A stretch of 64,000 bases of DNA from Candidatus Bathyarchaeota archaeon (GTDB taxonomy: Archaea > Thermoproteota > CALKCG01 > B24 > DRYS01), in contig JANXEK010000002.1 of assembly GCA_025058595.1 (NCBI GenBank), forward strand, positions 17,248 to 81,247, written 5' to 3'. The translations under genes were made by a program, and so were the position numbers. This document shows, in pieces, positions 46,760-57,065 of this stretch. The notes beneath the pieces are model-generated. The model did not search any database, was not told where the DNA came from, and saw only the letters and a list, made by a program, of their open reading frames with translations. The first letter of the stretch is position 1; every line of letters starts with the position of its first letter.

Positions 46760-47926
46760 CTAAAGTTTCTCTAGAGCTTCACTAATCCTCTTCAAACCTT
46801 CCACTATCATCTCTTTAGATAGAGCATACGAAAGTCTAAGATAGCCTTCACCATGCTGACCGAAAGCTGTTCCGTGAAGAACGGCTACCTTAGCCTCTGC
46901 TAACAGGTATTTCATAAGGTCTATCGATTTCAACCCGTAGCTGCTAACGTTCGGGAATATGTAGAATGCCCCCTTAGGTTTGATAACTCTGATGCCGTCG
47001 ATCTTCCTCATGAGATCGTATATAAGATCTCTACGGCTCCTATACTCTTCGACCATAGATTTCACACAATCCTGCGGACCTCTTAGAGCAGCTATAGCAG
47101 CTTTCTGTACGAACGCTACAGGGCAGCTTACGATGTTTATCTGAAGCTTCGTCATATACTCGATGAGCGAACTATTAGCGATAGCGTATCCCAGCCTCCA
47201 ACCAGTCATAGCATACGTCTTAGAGAAGCCATCCACCACTATGATATTATCATCGAATTCTTTTAAGAACGAATAGTGAGGATATTCGAAGACTATCTTA
47301 GAGTACACTTCGTCTGCTAGTATATAGATGCCTTTCTCCCTAGCTACCTCGGCTATACTTTTAACATCGCTAGCAGATAGCATGGATCCTGTAGGATTGC
47401 ACGGAGTATTAACAACTATCATCTTCGTCCTATCGGTTATATTCTCGACCACAGCATCGGCTGTAAGCCTGAACTCCTCCCCCTCATGTACAGGGATTAA
47501 TATAGGTTTAGCACCTACAAAGTTAACTATGGATTCGTATATGGGATAAGCTGGGCTAGGTATTATAACCTCGTCACCTGAATCGAGTAGAGCTAGCATA
47601 GCTGCGAATATACATGGCTTAGCACCAGGCATAACTACGACGTTTCTATTAGGATCGAAATCGACTCCGTAATCATCACGAATTTTATCGGTGATAGCCT
47701 CTCTGAGCTCCCTTATACCTTGCGAAGGAGTATAATGCGTAAACCCAGATTTCAGCGCTTCGATAGCTGCATCTTTGATATGCCCGGGAGTATCGAAATC
47801 AGGTTCACCTATCTCGAAATGCACAATATTAAACCCCTTATACTCCATCTCTCTAGCTAACGCTAAGACTTCGAAAGCGGTTTCGGTACCAAGCCTAGAC
47901 ATACTTGAAGCTAGCTTTAACCCCAT
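46760..47926 (-). CDS. class I pyridoxal-phosphate aminotransferase (aspartate aminotransferase-like)
   Basis: 388 aa. NPCNPTG and PLP-lysine motif FSKTYAMTGWRLGY. Confidence 0.9.
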   Translation of the reverse strand: MGLKLASSMSRLGTETAFEVLALAREMEYKGFNIVHFEIGEPDFDTPGHIKDAAIEALKSGFTHYTPSQGIRELREAITDKIRDDYGVDFDPNRNVVVMPGAKPCIFAAMLALLDSGDEVIIPSPAYPIYESIVNFVGAKPILIPVHEGEEFRLTADAVVENITDRTKMIVVNTPCNPTGSMLSASDVKSIAEVAREKGIYILADEVYSKIVFEYPHYSFLKEFDDNIIVVDGFSKTYAMTGWRLGYAIANSSLIEYMTKLQINIVSCPVAFVQKAAIAALRGPQDCVKSMVEEYRSRRDLIYDLMRKIDGIRVIKPKGAFYIFPNVSSYGLKSIDLMKYLLAEAKVAVLHGTAFGQHGEGYLRLSYALSKEMIVEGLKRISEALEKL

Positions 47927-48108
47927 ACAGAAGGTACACCCCTATATAGGCAAACCAGAGAAGCATTAGATTCTACCCGTAAATTATATAAATTTTACGC
48001 TTTAAATGAAGCCGTGCATAGAAGTTATGATATCTACTTAGAGGAAGAACCATACAGAATCAGAGCAAGGCTTATCAGCTACGAACAGGGTTACATAGAT
48101 ATCGTAGC

Positions 48109-48183
48109 GGGCCGGTAGCTCAGCCTGGTATGAGCACCCGGTTTGCACCCGGGAGGTCGCGGGTTCGAATCCCGCCCGGTCCA
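48109..48183 (+). tRNA. tRNA-Ala (anticodon UGC), no encoded CCA, no intron
   Basis: GGGCCGGTAGCTCAGCCTGGTATGAGCACCCGGTTTGCACCCGGGAGGTCGCGGGTTCGAATCCCGCCCGGTCCA. It has the G3:U70 Ala identity pair, anticodon loop TTTGCAC, T loop TTCGAAT and a T-run just downstream. Confidence 0.9.
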
Positions 48184-48456
48184 CTACCTTTTGAAATTTA
48201 GTTAGAAGAATTAAATACCCTATCCCACGGTCTCTGATGAAGTTTCATGAGGTATGGTGAGTATGTATGAAGATTAGTTGAACTTCTGCTTTCTCCTAGC
48301 TTATCATAGGGGGAGGTGCAGAGAAGTTTATACAGCTGATAGGATAATAGAGCTATAGAAACCAGAGATGGAGGGATCTTCCTATGGATGTCATAACGTT
48401 TGAATGCGTAACTGTTAAACGTAAACCGGGGGAGAAATTTACTAGGTGTATTAAGG

Positions 48457-49290
48457 ATGCCAGCAGAGAAAGATGTATTAGAGAGGTTAAAGGAGGCTCT
48501 TAGAGAAGATGATAATGTCTTATTGGCGTATCTATTCGGTTCGAGAGCTAGGGGGGAAGCCTCGCCGATAAGCGACTATGATGTAGCGGTACTCCTTAAA
48601 GATAGCGGGTTGCAGGCTTTCGCTGAAGTTTTATCGAGTATATCAAAGGCTCTAGGTGTATGCGAGGATAAGATAGATATTCTGGATTTAGCTAGAGCTC
48701 CACTACACCTGAAGGCTAAGGTTCTATCTGAGGGTATACTCATAATCGATAGAGGTTATGACGATACTCTAAGGCTTGAAGTAAATACTAGATATCCTGA
48801 GGTAGCCTACCAAACAAGAGTTCTACTTAGGAAATGGCTGGATAATCCAGTAGGTTTAGATCTGAGAGTTATCAAGGAGAGGATAGACTACCTCACGCAG
48901 CTCAACGATAATATCAAATCTTTCTTCGGAAAACATAAACCCGAGGATGTTTCAACGGATTTTGAAGCTTGGTTCGCCCTCAAAGGCATAGTTCAAGATT
49001 CAATACAAGCAATCATAGATATATGTGCACATATCTTCAGTTCTAAAAATCTCGGTGTAGCCGAATCCTACAGAGATTATGTGGAGAAGCTAAGCGAACA
49101 TGGCTATATAAGCGGCGAACTTGCTAAGGAGCTAAAGTTAGCGATAGCTATGAGGAATAGACTTATACACAGGTATTTAGCCGTAGAACCGATAGAACTC
49201 TGGGATTTTGCAGTCAGACTATCTATAGAGATAATACCGAGATTTAGGGATTGGATTCTGAAAAGTATGCATACCTGCGAAGGAAGATAA
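48457..49290 (+). CDS. fused minimal nucleotidyltransferase (MNT) - HEPN/DUF86 protein
   Basis: N-terminal pol-beta NTase motif FGSRARGEASPISDYDVAVL. C-terminal HEPN Rx4H motif AMRNRLIHRY. Confidence 0.8.
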   Translation: MPAEKDVLERLKEALREDDNVLLAYLFGSRARGEASPISDYDVAVLLKDSGLQAFAEVLSSISKALGVCEDKIDILDLARAPLHLKAKVLSEGILIIDRGYDDTLRLEVNTRYPEVAYQTRVLLRKWLDNPVGLDLRVIKERIDYLTQLNDNIKSFFGKHKPEDVSTDFEAWFALKGIVQDSIQAIIDICAHIFSSKNLGVAESYRDYVEKLSEHGYISGELAKELKLAIAMRNRLIHRYLAVEPIELWDFAVRLSIEIIPRFRDWILKSMHTCEGR

Positions 49291-49513
49291 TCATAAAGAT
49301 CGAGGGAATAAGAACATCATTCTAAGAAACGAGTGTGAGAAGATCATAGTTATCGATGACCTTTCAGTTTTTCCTCAGAAATTATGAGGCTGGTATCGAT
49401 ATATCGACATCGAGACTTCTCCTCGCCTAGTAATTCGCTTATTCTTCCATGGCTAATTTTGTAATTAGACTTCTTCAGCTCCTTGACACCACTACGGAGA
49501 TTCTCCCAGAATT

Positions 49514-49666
49514 CTACCTCTCGACGATTCTCTCGATAGCATGTTCGATCTTAGGATTTATGGCATGTGATCTACTTCTAGCGATACCATATTCAATCAT
49601 TCTCTCAGCCAACTGGACGATCACCCTTCTAAGCTTAACAGTTACAGATATAGACACTAGGCACAT
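49514..49666 (-). CDS. candidate ribbon-helix-helix (CopG-like) small protein, possibly a frameshifted remnant
   Basis: My own translation gives MCLVSISVTVKLRRVIVQLAERMIEYGIARSRSHAINPKIEHAIERIVER*. It shows a beta-strand/helix/SRS pattern as in RHH antitoxins. A second frame continues EFWENLRSGVKELKK... without a start. Confidence 0.3.
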   Translation of the reverse strand: MCLVSISVTVKLRRVIVQLAERMIEYGIARSRSHAINPKIEHAIERIVER

Positions 49667-49781
49667 CAGATTGTACTCGAATGCGCCTAACTCGATCTCT
49701 TGTGAACCAAAGATGCAATATACGGCGTGATCGTTTATTCATAAGCTTAAATTGTCGGTTTCACGGATTGGATGTTAGGGT

Positions 49782-50867
49782 TTGACGCCTAGGGATCGTT
49801 GCATATACAGTATTCTTTTGGAGGAGCCTGATAGGATACCTTTGATCCTTAGGATTAGACCTGAACCTTACGAAAGGTTGAAATCTCTATTAGGGTTTAA
49901 GGATTACCTGGATCTATATAGGTATCTTGGTGTCGATATCATTGGTACGCATATAGGTATTAGGGGTGGCTATCTTCCCAGTGGTGTAGAAGTTAAGGAG
50001 GGGCCTTACGGTCCTGCATATATCGTGGGTGAGTATATGGGTTTTGAGGTTAGGAGGGATATATGGGGTGTGGAGAGTATATGGCGTCCAGACAGGACTT
50101 ATACGTACACCTACTATAGGCATCCGCTACAGTTTATCAGGCTCGATGATTATATATGGCCTGAAGTGGATGTAGATAGATTCAATGAAGTTCTAAGGAT
50201 TCGTAGAGCCTACGAGGACTACTGTCTATACGGTTCTGTAGAGCATTTATGGGAGATCGCATGGCAGCTTATAGGGTTTAACGAAACTATGAAAATACTG
50301 TATACGAGGATCGACTATTTGAATAGAGTCTTGGACAATCTTCAGAGGATAAGGTTGGAGCAAGCTAAGCTTCTATGTGAAGCTGGTATCGACGTCGTAT
50401 ATGATGGGGATGACGTAGGTATGCAGAAGGGGATGATGATCTCACCCAGTATATGGAGGCATCTGTTGAAGCCTCGCTATAAGGAGTTGGTAGATCTATG
50501 CCATAGGTACGGAGTATTTTTCAATTTCCATAGCGATGGATGGATAGAGCCTATAATACCAGATCTAGTCGAGATAGGTGTAGATATACTCAACCCGATT
50601 CAACCCGAATGTATGGATCCCACCAAGATTAAACAGATCTACGGTGATAAACTTTGTTTCGATGGAACTATAGGCGTTCAAAGCATACTACCCTTCGGAA
50701 GAGTGGAGGATGTAGCAAAAGAGGTGATAGATAGGATAGCTGATCTAGGACCTACAGGTTTAATCCTAGGGCCAACCCATAGCATACAACCAGATACACC
50801 CATAGATAACGTATTGGTACTTTATAAAACCGCTTTGAAACATGGATGGAACACTAAGAAGCCGTAA
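49782..50867 (+). CDS. URO-D superfamily protein, MtaA/CmuA-like
   Basis: 361 aa. FNFHSDGWIEPIIPDLVEIGVDILNPIQPECMD..IYGDKLCFDGTIG. Confidence 0.65.
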   Translation: MTPRDRCIYSILLEEPDRIPLILRIRPEPYERLKSLLGFKDYLDLYRYLGVDIIGTHIGIRGGYLPSGVEVKEGPYGPAYIVGEYMGFEVRRDIWGVESIWRPDRTYTYTYYRHPLQFIRLDDYIWPEVDVDRFNEVLRIRRAYEDYCLYGSVEHLWEIAWQLIGFNETMKILYTRIDYLNRVLDNLQRIRLEQAKLLCEAGIDVVYDGDDVGMQKGMMISPSIWRHLLKPRYKELVDLCHRYGVFFNFHSDGWIEPIIPDLVEIGVDILNPIQPECMDPTKIKQIYGDKLCFDGTIGVQSILPFGRVEDVAKEVIDRIADLGPTGLILGPTHSIQPDTPIDNVLVLYKTALKHGWNTKKP

Positions 50868-50870
50868 CGG

Positions 50871-52760
50871 TCAGTTAAGTTTAATCCTATCAGCTAGAGG
50901 CGCAATATCCTCTAACCCAAGCATATGAAGCTTACTCTTCAGTTCCTCTATAGATCGGAGACTTCTACATTCGTAGAATAGGTTTAGCATCTCATGTATA
51001 TTATCGCATACCGATCCTTTAGCAGGTCCATCGGCGATAGGTTCTTCTACGAATCTCCTAGGGAGATTATCATCGCTATTGCTCATACCGAATAGGTAGT
51101 TTACCATCCTTTCTAGGTACCATACACTCTCTCCCGCATGTAGTATACCCATCTTATCGCATCCTATACCTGTAACGGCGGTCCAAACCTTAGCGATGTG
51201 ATCGAAATCGACTATACCGAATACACCAAACTTACATAGTATAGCTGAATCTAGGAAGCAGCATAAATTCTGGTGTATAATCACCGTATTGACATACTCC
51301 TCAACAGATGAAGGCGGCTTAGATATGCCATACTCAGGTAAAAGAACTCCTCTCTCCACTAACATAGCCATACCTTGGAGGTGGCATGCACCCCTATTAG
51401 ATGTAGCGTAAGCAAGCCCCATACTCTTATAGAGTCGAGGATTATGGTAGGGAACCTCAAGTCCCTTAACATGTAGTGCGAAACGATTCGTACTCCTACC
51501 GATAGCTTCGGAAGCCCTCTTAACACCATCAGAGAGTATGGTGCCGAAACCCTCTCTCAAACCTATCATCTCTATAAGCTTGGATAGAATCGATGCGTCA
51601 CCCCATCTGAGCTCTAAACCGCCAGTATCATCTTTAGTAATAAGCCCTTTCTCGTAGGCTTCCATAGCCCAAGCTATAACTTCACCAGTCGATATAGTAT
51701 CGATACCGAGCCTATCACAGAGTTCGTTGAGCTTTATAAGAACTATAGGATCAGAGTTGAGGACCATTGACCCTAGAGCGGCTACAGATTCGTACTCAGG
51801 ACCTTTACCTTTGTATCTACCGAACCCGGGATCATCGAACTCGATAACCCTCTCACACGCAATACTACAGAGGATCCCTGAGCCGCAGATCTTCCTTCCG
51901 CTCCCACTCCTATACTTCTCCATTATAGTTACGCCGCTTATCTTCCAAGCATCATCCCATGACCCCATAACCCAATGCTTTATCGGCAGATTTCCAGTTC
52001 GTATAAACATCGATACACCTCCGGCGGTCCCATATTCCATCATCGCTTCACCTCTGCTAGTCCTGGGAGCTTTAGAAAGCCAGTCAGAGTTCAGTTCCCT
52101 AAGGCATTCAGGATCATGTACATCGATAGGGTTGGATCCACGTACAGATATAGCTTTAAGCTTCTTCGAACCCATAACAGCGCCTAACCCTGTCCTACCT
52201 GCAATTCTCCTCTCAGAGCTTACTATACATGCTATCCTAGAGAGACGCTCACCAGCTAAACCTATAACGATCGATCTGAACCCATCACCTAGAAACCTAG
52301 CTATAGCCGATGACGCCTCCAATGAATCCATGCCCCAGAGATCCGATGCAGGCTTCACATCTACAGATCCATCGTCTATGATTATATGTACAGGTTTATC
52401 TGATGCCCCTACCACCACTATGCCATCGAAGCCAGCTTTCTTCAAAGATAAGCCGAACGAGCCTGCGAACGTAGATTTACCTAACCCATACGTTAGAGGC
52501 GATCTAGATACCAATACTGTTTTAGATCCGAAGGCAGATACCCCAGTAAGAGGTCCTGTCATAACTATCAGAGGGTTATCAGGCGATAGAGGATCCGGAA
52601 TACTAGACCTCTCTACGGCTGTGTAGTTTAGTAGAAACTTGGTAGCGTAACCTGCCCCCCCGATAAACCTCGATATCCAACTTTCATCCAGCTGCTCAAC
52701 CGAGGATCTACCCGAAGACAGATCAACCATTAAGATACGCCCGCATACGCCGCCAATCAT
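50871..52760 (-). CDS. aldehyde:ferredoxin oxidoreductase family tungstoenzyme (second paralogue)
   Basis: 629 aa. N-terminal ILMVDLSSG...FIGGAG and AOR domains. No adjacent ferredoxin subunit. Confidence 0.9.
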   Translation of the reverse strand: MIGGVCGRILMVDLSSGRSSVEQLDESWISRFIGGAGYATKFLLNYTAVERSSIPDPLSPDNPLIVMTGPLTGVSAFGSKTVLVSRSPLTYGLGKSTFAGSFGLSLKKAGFDGIVVVGASDKPVHIIIDDGSVDVKPASDLWGMDSLEASSAIARFLGDGFRSIVIGLAGERLSRIACIVSSERRIAGRTGLGAVMGSKKLKAISVRGSNPIDVHDPECLRELNSDWLSKAPRTSRGEAMMEYGTAGGVSMFIRTGNLPIKHWVMGSWDDAWKISGVTIMEKYRSGSGRKICGSGILCSIACERVIEFDDPGFGRYKGKGPEYESVAALGSMVLNSDPIVLIKLNELCDRLGIDTISTGEVIAWAMEAYEKGLITKDDTGGLELRWGDASILSKLIEMIGLREGFGTILSDGVKRASEAIGRSTNRFALHVKGLEVPYHNPRLYKSMGLAYATSNRGACHLQGMAMLVERGVLLPEYGISKPPSSVEEYVNTVIIHQNLCCFLDSAILCKFGVFGIVDFDHIAKVWTAVTGIGCDKMGILHAGESVWYLERMVNYLFGMSNSDDNLPRRFVEEPIADGPAKGSVCDNIHEMLNLFYECRSLRSIEELKSKLHMLGLEDIAPLADRIKLN

Positions 52761-53746
52761 GACGTGACCCTATATCTAGGGGGTCTCGAAGATAAACGTT
52801 GTACCGTGAGGGTAACCTCAACATATCGGATTGAGGCTGTGTATAGCCAGGTTAACTTCAAGATAGCTTAGAGATGAAAGACGTTTAGAGCAGGAAAGGA
52901 TATGGTATAAAGATAAGCCACCTTTTAGTGAGCGTAACAGAGATTTTAGGATATATCAAAGCGTATCTAAGGGTCGCCGATGCTTAGGGGGTCTTCAGAC
53001 GTTACGTCATCATGAATGAGTTCGACGATGCTATGGCTACCTCGTGACGCGCCTCTAAGGTATATAGTTACTGCCATGACAGGTATAGGTCTAGCCATGT
53101 TTATATCTAGGTATAGAGTGCCTCCCTCATAGAGATCTGAGAGACTAGGTATAGGAATAGGTTAGAGTTCTTCAGAAAGCTTAACGGAAACCTTACCAAG
53201 ATTCATATATGATAACATCGCCAGCATGCAATCTAGCCCTGCTATCCATACTCGCGTTATCCTTGGATACGTATATATGGATAAACTCATCCTACACGTT
53301 ATCGTAACGCTATCCGCCGGTTTGGTAACCGTAGCTATAGCGTCGATTATTAGGCGGCATCATACCATATTCAGAGATCGGGGAGAGGAATAGTTTTATA
53401 TGATCACACCGGTATTCGATATGGATGCCTGTAGATACCTTAAAACTTTACGAAAATATCGATGATAGACCTATCGAGGAAGTTATGGGTGTGAATAGAG
53501 TTGATATCACGGTAACAGAGGTCTATGCGAAAACTTTAAGGATAAACATAGTAGGTTCGAACGTAGATTATAGGTTATAGATGAGGTTAGCGCGGCGAAG
53601 ACTAGGGTTATCGATACACGGTCACGCTAACGGATTAAGCTCGAGGTGTATCTCGGTGGATGGAGGTATTCGAATAGGTCTTAAAGCCTCTGTCGTACGT
53701 TAAAATATTAGTAGGCGATGATCCTTAGAGTTATGTATGGGTTGGA

Positions 53747-54544
53747 TTGATGAAGCATGTAATAACGTTAACGACTGATTTCGGCTATAGAGATCCGTAT
53801 GTAGCTTGTATGAAGGGGGTAATACTTTCGATATGCCCTAATGCAACGATCATCGATGTGACGCACGATGTATCGAAGTTTGATGTAGAAGAAGCGGCAT
53901 ATATACTCTATAGAGCTTATAGCTTTTTCCCCTCTGGGACGATACATGTATGCGTAGTAGATCCGGGTGTAGGGACGGAGAGGAGGCCTATAGCTATCGA
54001 ATCTAAGAGGTATATATTCATAGGTCCTGATAACGGGGTTCTAACGCTAGCAGCCGAGGATGACGGCATAGAAGGCGTATACGTCATAGAGAGTAGGCAT
54101 GTAATGCTGGGTGAGGTTAGCTTCACGTTTCATGGCAGGGATATATTCGCTCCAACAGCGGCATGGATCGCGTTAGGCTACCCCTTAGAGATGTTAGGTA
54201 GGAGTGTAGAGGATATAGAAAGGGTTAGGTTGGCTATACCGCGAATCGATGGGGATAGGTTAAGAGGGAAGATCATATACGTGGATTCCTATGGAAATCT
54301 CGTAACTAATGTCAGGTGGGATCTGATTAAAGGTAGAGTAGCGTTCGGCGATACGGTTAAACTATCCTACAGAGATCGTGAAGTTTACGCGTCTATATCG
54401 AAAGCTTACGGAGAAGTACCTCTAGGCGAACTACTATTAATACCGGGAAGCGGAGGCTTCATGGAGATATCTATGAATATGGGTGATGCATCTAAGAAGC
54501 TAGATCTTAAGAGAGGCGATTACGTTTACCTAGAGTTCATGTAA
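53747..54544 (+). CDS. S-adenosyl-L-methionine hydroxide adenosyltransferase family (DUF62) protein
   Basis: 265 aa. N-terminal ITLTTDFGYRDPYVACMKGVI, VCVVDPGVGT and FHGRDIFAP. Confidence 0.85.
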   Translation: MMKHVITLTTDFGYRDPYVACMKGVILSICPNATIIDVTHDVSKFDVEEAAYILYRAYSFFPSGTIHVCVVDPGVGTERRPIAIESKRYIFIGPDNGVLTLAAEDDGIEGVYVIESRHVMLGEVSFTFHGRDIFAPTAAWIALGYPLEMLGRSVEDIERVRLAIPRIDGDRLRGKIIYVDSYGNLVTNVRWDLIKGRVAFGDTVKLSYRDREVYASISKAYGEVPLGELLLIPGSGGFMEISMNMGDASKKLDLKRGDYVYLEFM

Positions 54545-54748
54545 ACCTTTAAACCTTAAGAGTATAAACGGGTTGGGCGGACATGGAAAAATGATAGTCA
54601 GGTTTGGTAGATCTACGCTTCTTATAGGCTTAATCTGGCTACCCTTAGTTTGTTTAACTATCATATCGCGTCGATATCCTAACAGCATCTCATGGATATT
54701 GGAAAATCTTAAATATCTATACGGAGTATGTTCTGCTAGTGAGGGTAT

Positions 54749-55474
54749 ATGAGTGTATACGAGTATACAGTCGAAACGGAGGATCTAGCTAAATACTACC
54801 AGATGGGCCCTATAACGATTAAAGCTCTAGACGGTGTATCGGTTAAGATTAGGAGGGGGGAGTACGTATCTGTTATGGGTCCAAGCGGATCTGGTAAGAC
54901 TACCTTCTTCAATATGATCGGCGGGCTAGATAGGCCTACACGTGGACAGGTCTATATAGATGAAGTGGACATATCTAAGCTGGACGCCTACGAGCTTGCA
55001 TGGCTTAGATGCCGTAAGATAGGCTATATATTCCAGACATTCAACCTGATACCGGTATTAACGGCTATGGAGAACGTTATGCTTCCGATGATATTCGCAG
55101 GGGTGCCTAGGGATGAGAGGATGAGGAAGGCTAGAGAGCTTCTCGAGACTGTCGGTTTAGGTGATCGTTTGAGTCATAGACCACCTGAGCTTTCTGGCGG
55201 GCAGCAGCAGAGGGTTGCTATAGCTAGAGCGCTAGCTAACGATCCGGTTATAGTCCTCGCGGATGAGCCTACAGGAAACCTGGATCTTCATACAGGGCTA
55301 CATATAATAAACCTGGTAAGAAAGCTTAACGAGGAGAAAGGTGTAACCATCGTCACCGCTACACACGATCTTAAGATGATAGATGTATCTGATAGGATAT
55401 TCTGGATAAGAGATGGAAAGGTGGAGCGTATAGAGACGAGGAAGGAGGTTGCTATCGGAAGGGAGATAGCGTAG
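54749..55474 (+). CDS. ABC transporter ATP-binding protein (MacB/LolD-like)
   Basis: Walker [10 protein letters not shown], signature LSGGQQQRV, Walker [12 protein letters not shown]. No cognate permease next to it. Confidence 0.9.
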   Translation: MSVYEYTVETEDLAKYYQMGPITIKALDGVSVKIRRGEYVSVMGPSGSGKTTFFNMIGGLDRPTRGQVYIDEVDISKLDAYELAWLRCRKIGYIFQTFNLIPVLTAMENVMLPMIFAGVPRDERMRKARELLETVGLGDRLSHRPPELSGGQQQRVAIARALANDPVIVLADEPTGNLDLHTGLHIINLVRKLNEEKGVTIVTATHDLKMIDVSDRIFWIRDGKVERIETRKEVAIGREIA

Positions 55475-55476
55475 GA

Positions 55477-56250
55477 TTAATACCAGTTAGCATATACTCG
55501 CAGTAGGATCGATATAGCTAGTATACATAGAAGGAACGAAGCTATCGCGTAATCCGAATGTTTCATATTAAGCTCGTATATACTCGTTCTTTTCTCTGAT
55601 GCCCCATACCCTCTAGCCTCCATAGCTTCGGCTAATTCTATGCTACGCGTAAAACTTCTTATGAACACTGGGATGAGTATTGGTATATAGTTCCTTATCC
55701 TACGTACGATGTTACCCTTCTCGAGCTCTAACCCTCTAGACCTCTGAGCATCTATAACCGTCTGTATCTCTAGGGCTAGGTCCGGTACGAACCTTATAGC
55801 CGATGTGAAAGCGAAACAGTAATCGTACGGTACTTTAAGCTTCTCCAACGCTAAACTCAAATCTTCCGGTGTAGTCGTGAGGAAGAATATCGAGAAGATA
55901 GATGTGAACGTTAAGAATCTTAAACCCATAGAGAAGGCATAGGATACTGTTTCTACCGTTAAAGTGAGGCCTCCCGATAGATAGCCTGCAAACATGTTAA
56001 CTACCACTATCATCGATGTCAAGAATAACGCCCCCCTAAGGGAGCGTATCCATTCCCTATGAACCTTCGCTATAGCTATAAGCGGTATCGTCGAGATGAA
56101 TATCGTAATCATAGCGGTTAAGCTATAGTAGATTATAGAGATTATACTCGCTACGAATACGTATAATGCTTTAACCCTAGGATCCATTCTATGTATAGGC
56201 GAATCCCTTCTCCTAAACCTGAAGACTTCTAGGAAGCTTAGCATAGACAT
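55477..56250 (-). CDS. ecfT: ECF transporter transmembrane (T) component
   Basis: 257 aa, polytopic. CbiQ/EcfT motifs RSRGLE and AMEARGY. Confidence 0.8.
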   Translation of the reverse strand: MSMLSFLEVFRFRRRDSPIHRMDPRVKALYVFVASIISIIYYSLTAMITIFISTIPLIAIAKVHREWIRSLRGALFLTSMIVVVNMFAGYLSGGLTLTVETVSYAFSMGLRFLTFTSIFSIFFLTTTPEDLSLALEKLKVPYDYCFAFTSAIRFVPDLALEIQTVIDAQRSRGLELEKGNIVRRIRNYIPILIPVFIRSFTRSIELAEAMEARGYGASEKRTSIYELNMKHSDYAIASFLLCILAISILLRVYANWY

Positions 56251-57065
56251 TCATCCCTAAGAAAGTTTAACAGAATTTTGAATGCATCATCGACGTTGAG
56301 GAGAGCGTAACCAGATCGATGCAGGTTGAGTTTAGACGCGAATAACGATATCTGAGGGGGTAGTAGCGATGTAGATCTCATAAGCTCCTCATCTATCAAT
56401 ATCTTTTCTGCGGGTCCGTCAGCTATAATCTCGCCTCTACGCATAAGTATAACTCTAGGCTTACACTCTGCGACGAACTCTACGTCGTGCGTCACCATAA
56501 CGATGGTTTTACCTCTACGATTAACCTCTAACAAAAAGTCTAGTAGCCTATCTTTCTGCTCGGGATCCTGACCTATCGTAGGCTCATCTAAAACTAGATA
56601 ATCAGGATCGAACACAAGTATAGAAGCTAGAGCTAGCCTCTTCTTCTCACCTCCGCTAAGCGTGAAGGGAGATAAACCCCTATACTTCTCGAGACCTGTA
56701 AACTTTAGTATGGAGTCGATCCTCCTAGCTATCTCACCTTCGGGGAGTCCGAAATTTCTAAGAGCAAACGCTATCTCATCTTCGATAGTTTCGGCGAACA
56801 GCTGATGCTCAGGATTCTGGAAGACTATACCTACCTTCCGTGAAAGCTCGGCTACAGAAGTCTCCTTAGTATCTACACCGTCTACCACCACGCATCCCTT
56901 AGTAGGTTTGAGTAACCCGTTGAACATCTTTATCAACGTAGTTTTACCAGCACCGTTTTCACCCATTATAGCTACGAGCTCCCCCTTACCTATAGCTAGG
57001 TTTATATTCCTTAAAGCTTCAACCCCTCCAGGGTAGGTGAAGTATACTCTTCTAACTTCTATCAA
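56238..57065 (-). CDS. ecfA: ECF transporter ATPase component
   Basis: Walker A GENGAGKTT, signature LSGGEKKRL, Walker B LVLDEPT. Overlaps both neighbours, which suggests an operon. Confidence 0.85.
   Translation of the reverse strand: MIEVRRVYFTYPGGVEALRNINLAIGKGELVAIMGENGAGKTTLIKMFNGLLKPTKGCVVVDGVDTKETSVAELSRKVGIVFQNPEHQLFAETIEDEIAFALRNFGLPEGEIARRIDSILKFTGLEKYRGLSPFTLSGGEKKRLALASILVFDPDYLVLDEPTIGQDPEQKDRLLDFLLEVNRRGKTIVMVTHDVEFVAECKPRVILMRRGEIIADGPAEKILIDEELMRSTSLLPPQISLFASKLNLHRSGYALLNVDDAFKILLNFLRDECLC

Noticed and set aside
49449-49730. A 93-aa plus-strand ORF downstream of the MNT-HEPN gene.
   Set aside because: It is hydrophobic and low-complexity, with no SD box. The opposite strand carries a more protein-like RHH pattern.
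51727-52626. A 299-aa plus-strand ORF, with further long antisense ORFs at 59244-59759, 8172-8489, 9718-10044, 18406-18717, 16691-17017 and 29312-29662.
   Set aside because: All lie antisense inside genes with strong family signatures (AOR, EF-2, PfpI, EndoQ, Cgi121, wHTH gene, DRG). Their Ser/Pro/Leu-rich low-complexity translations are typical of shadow ORFs.
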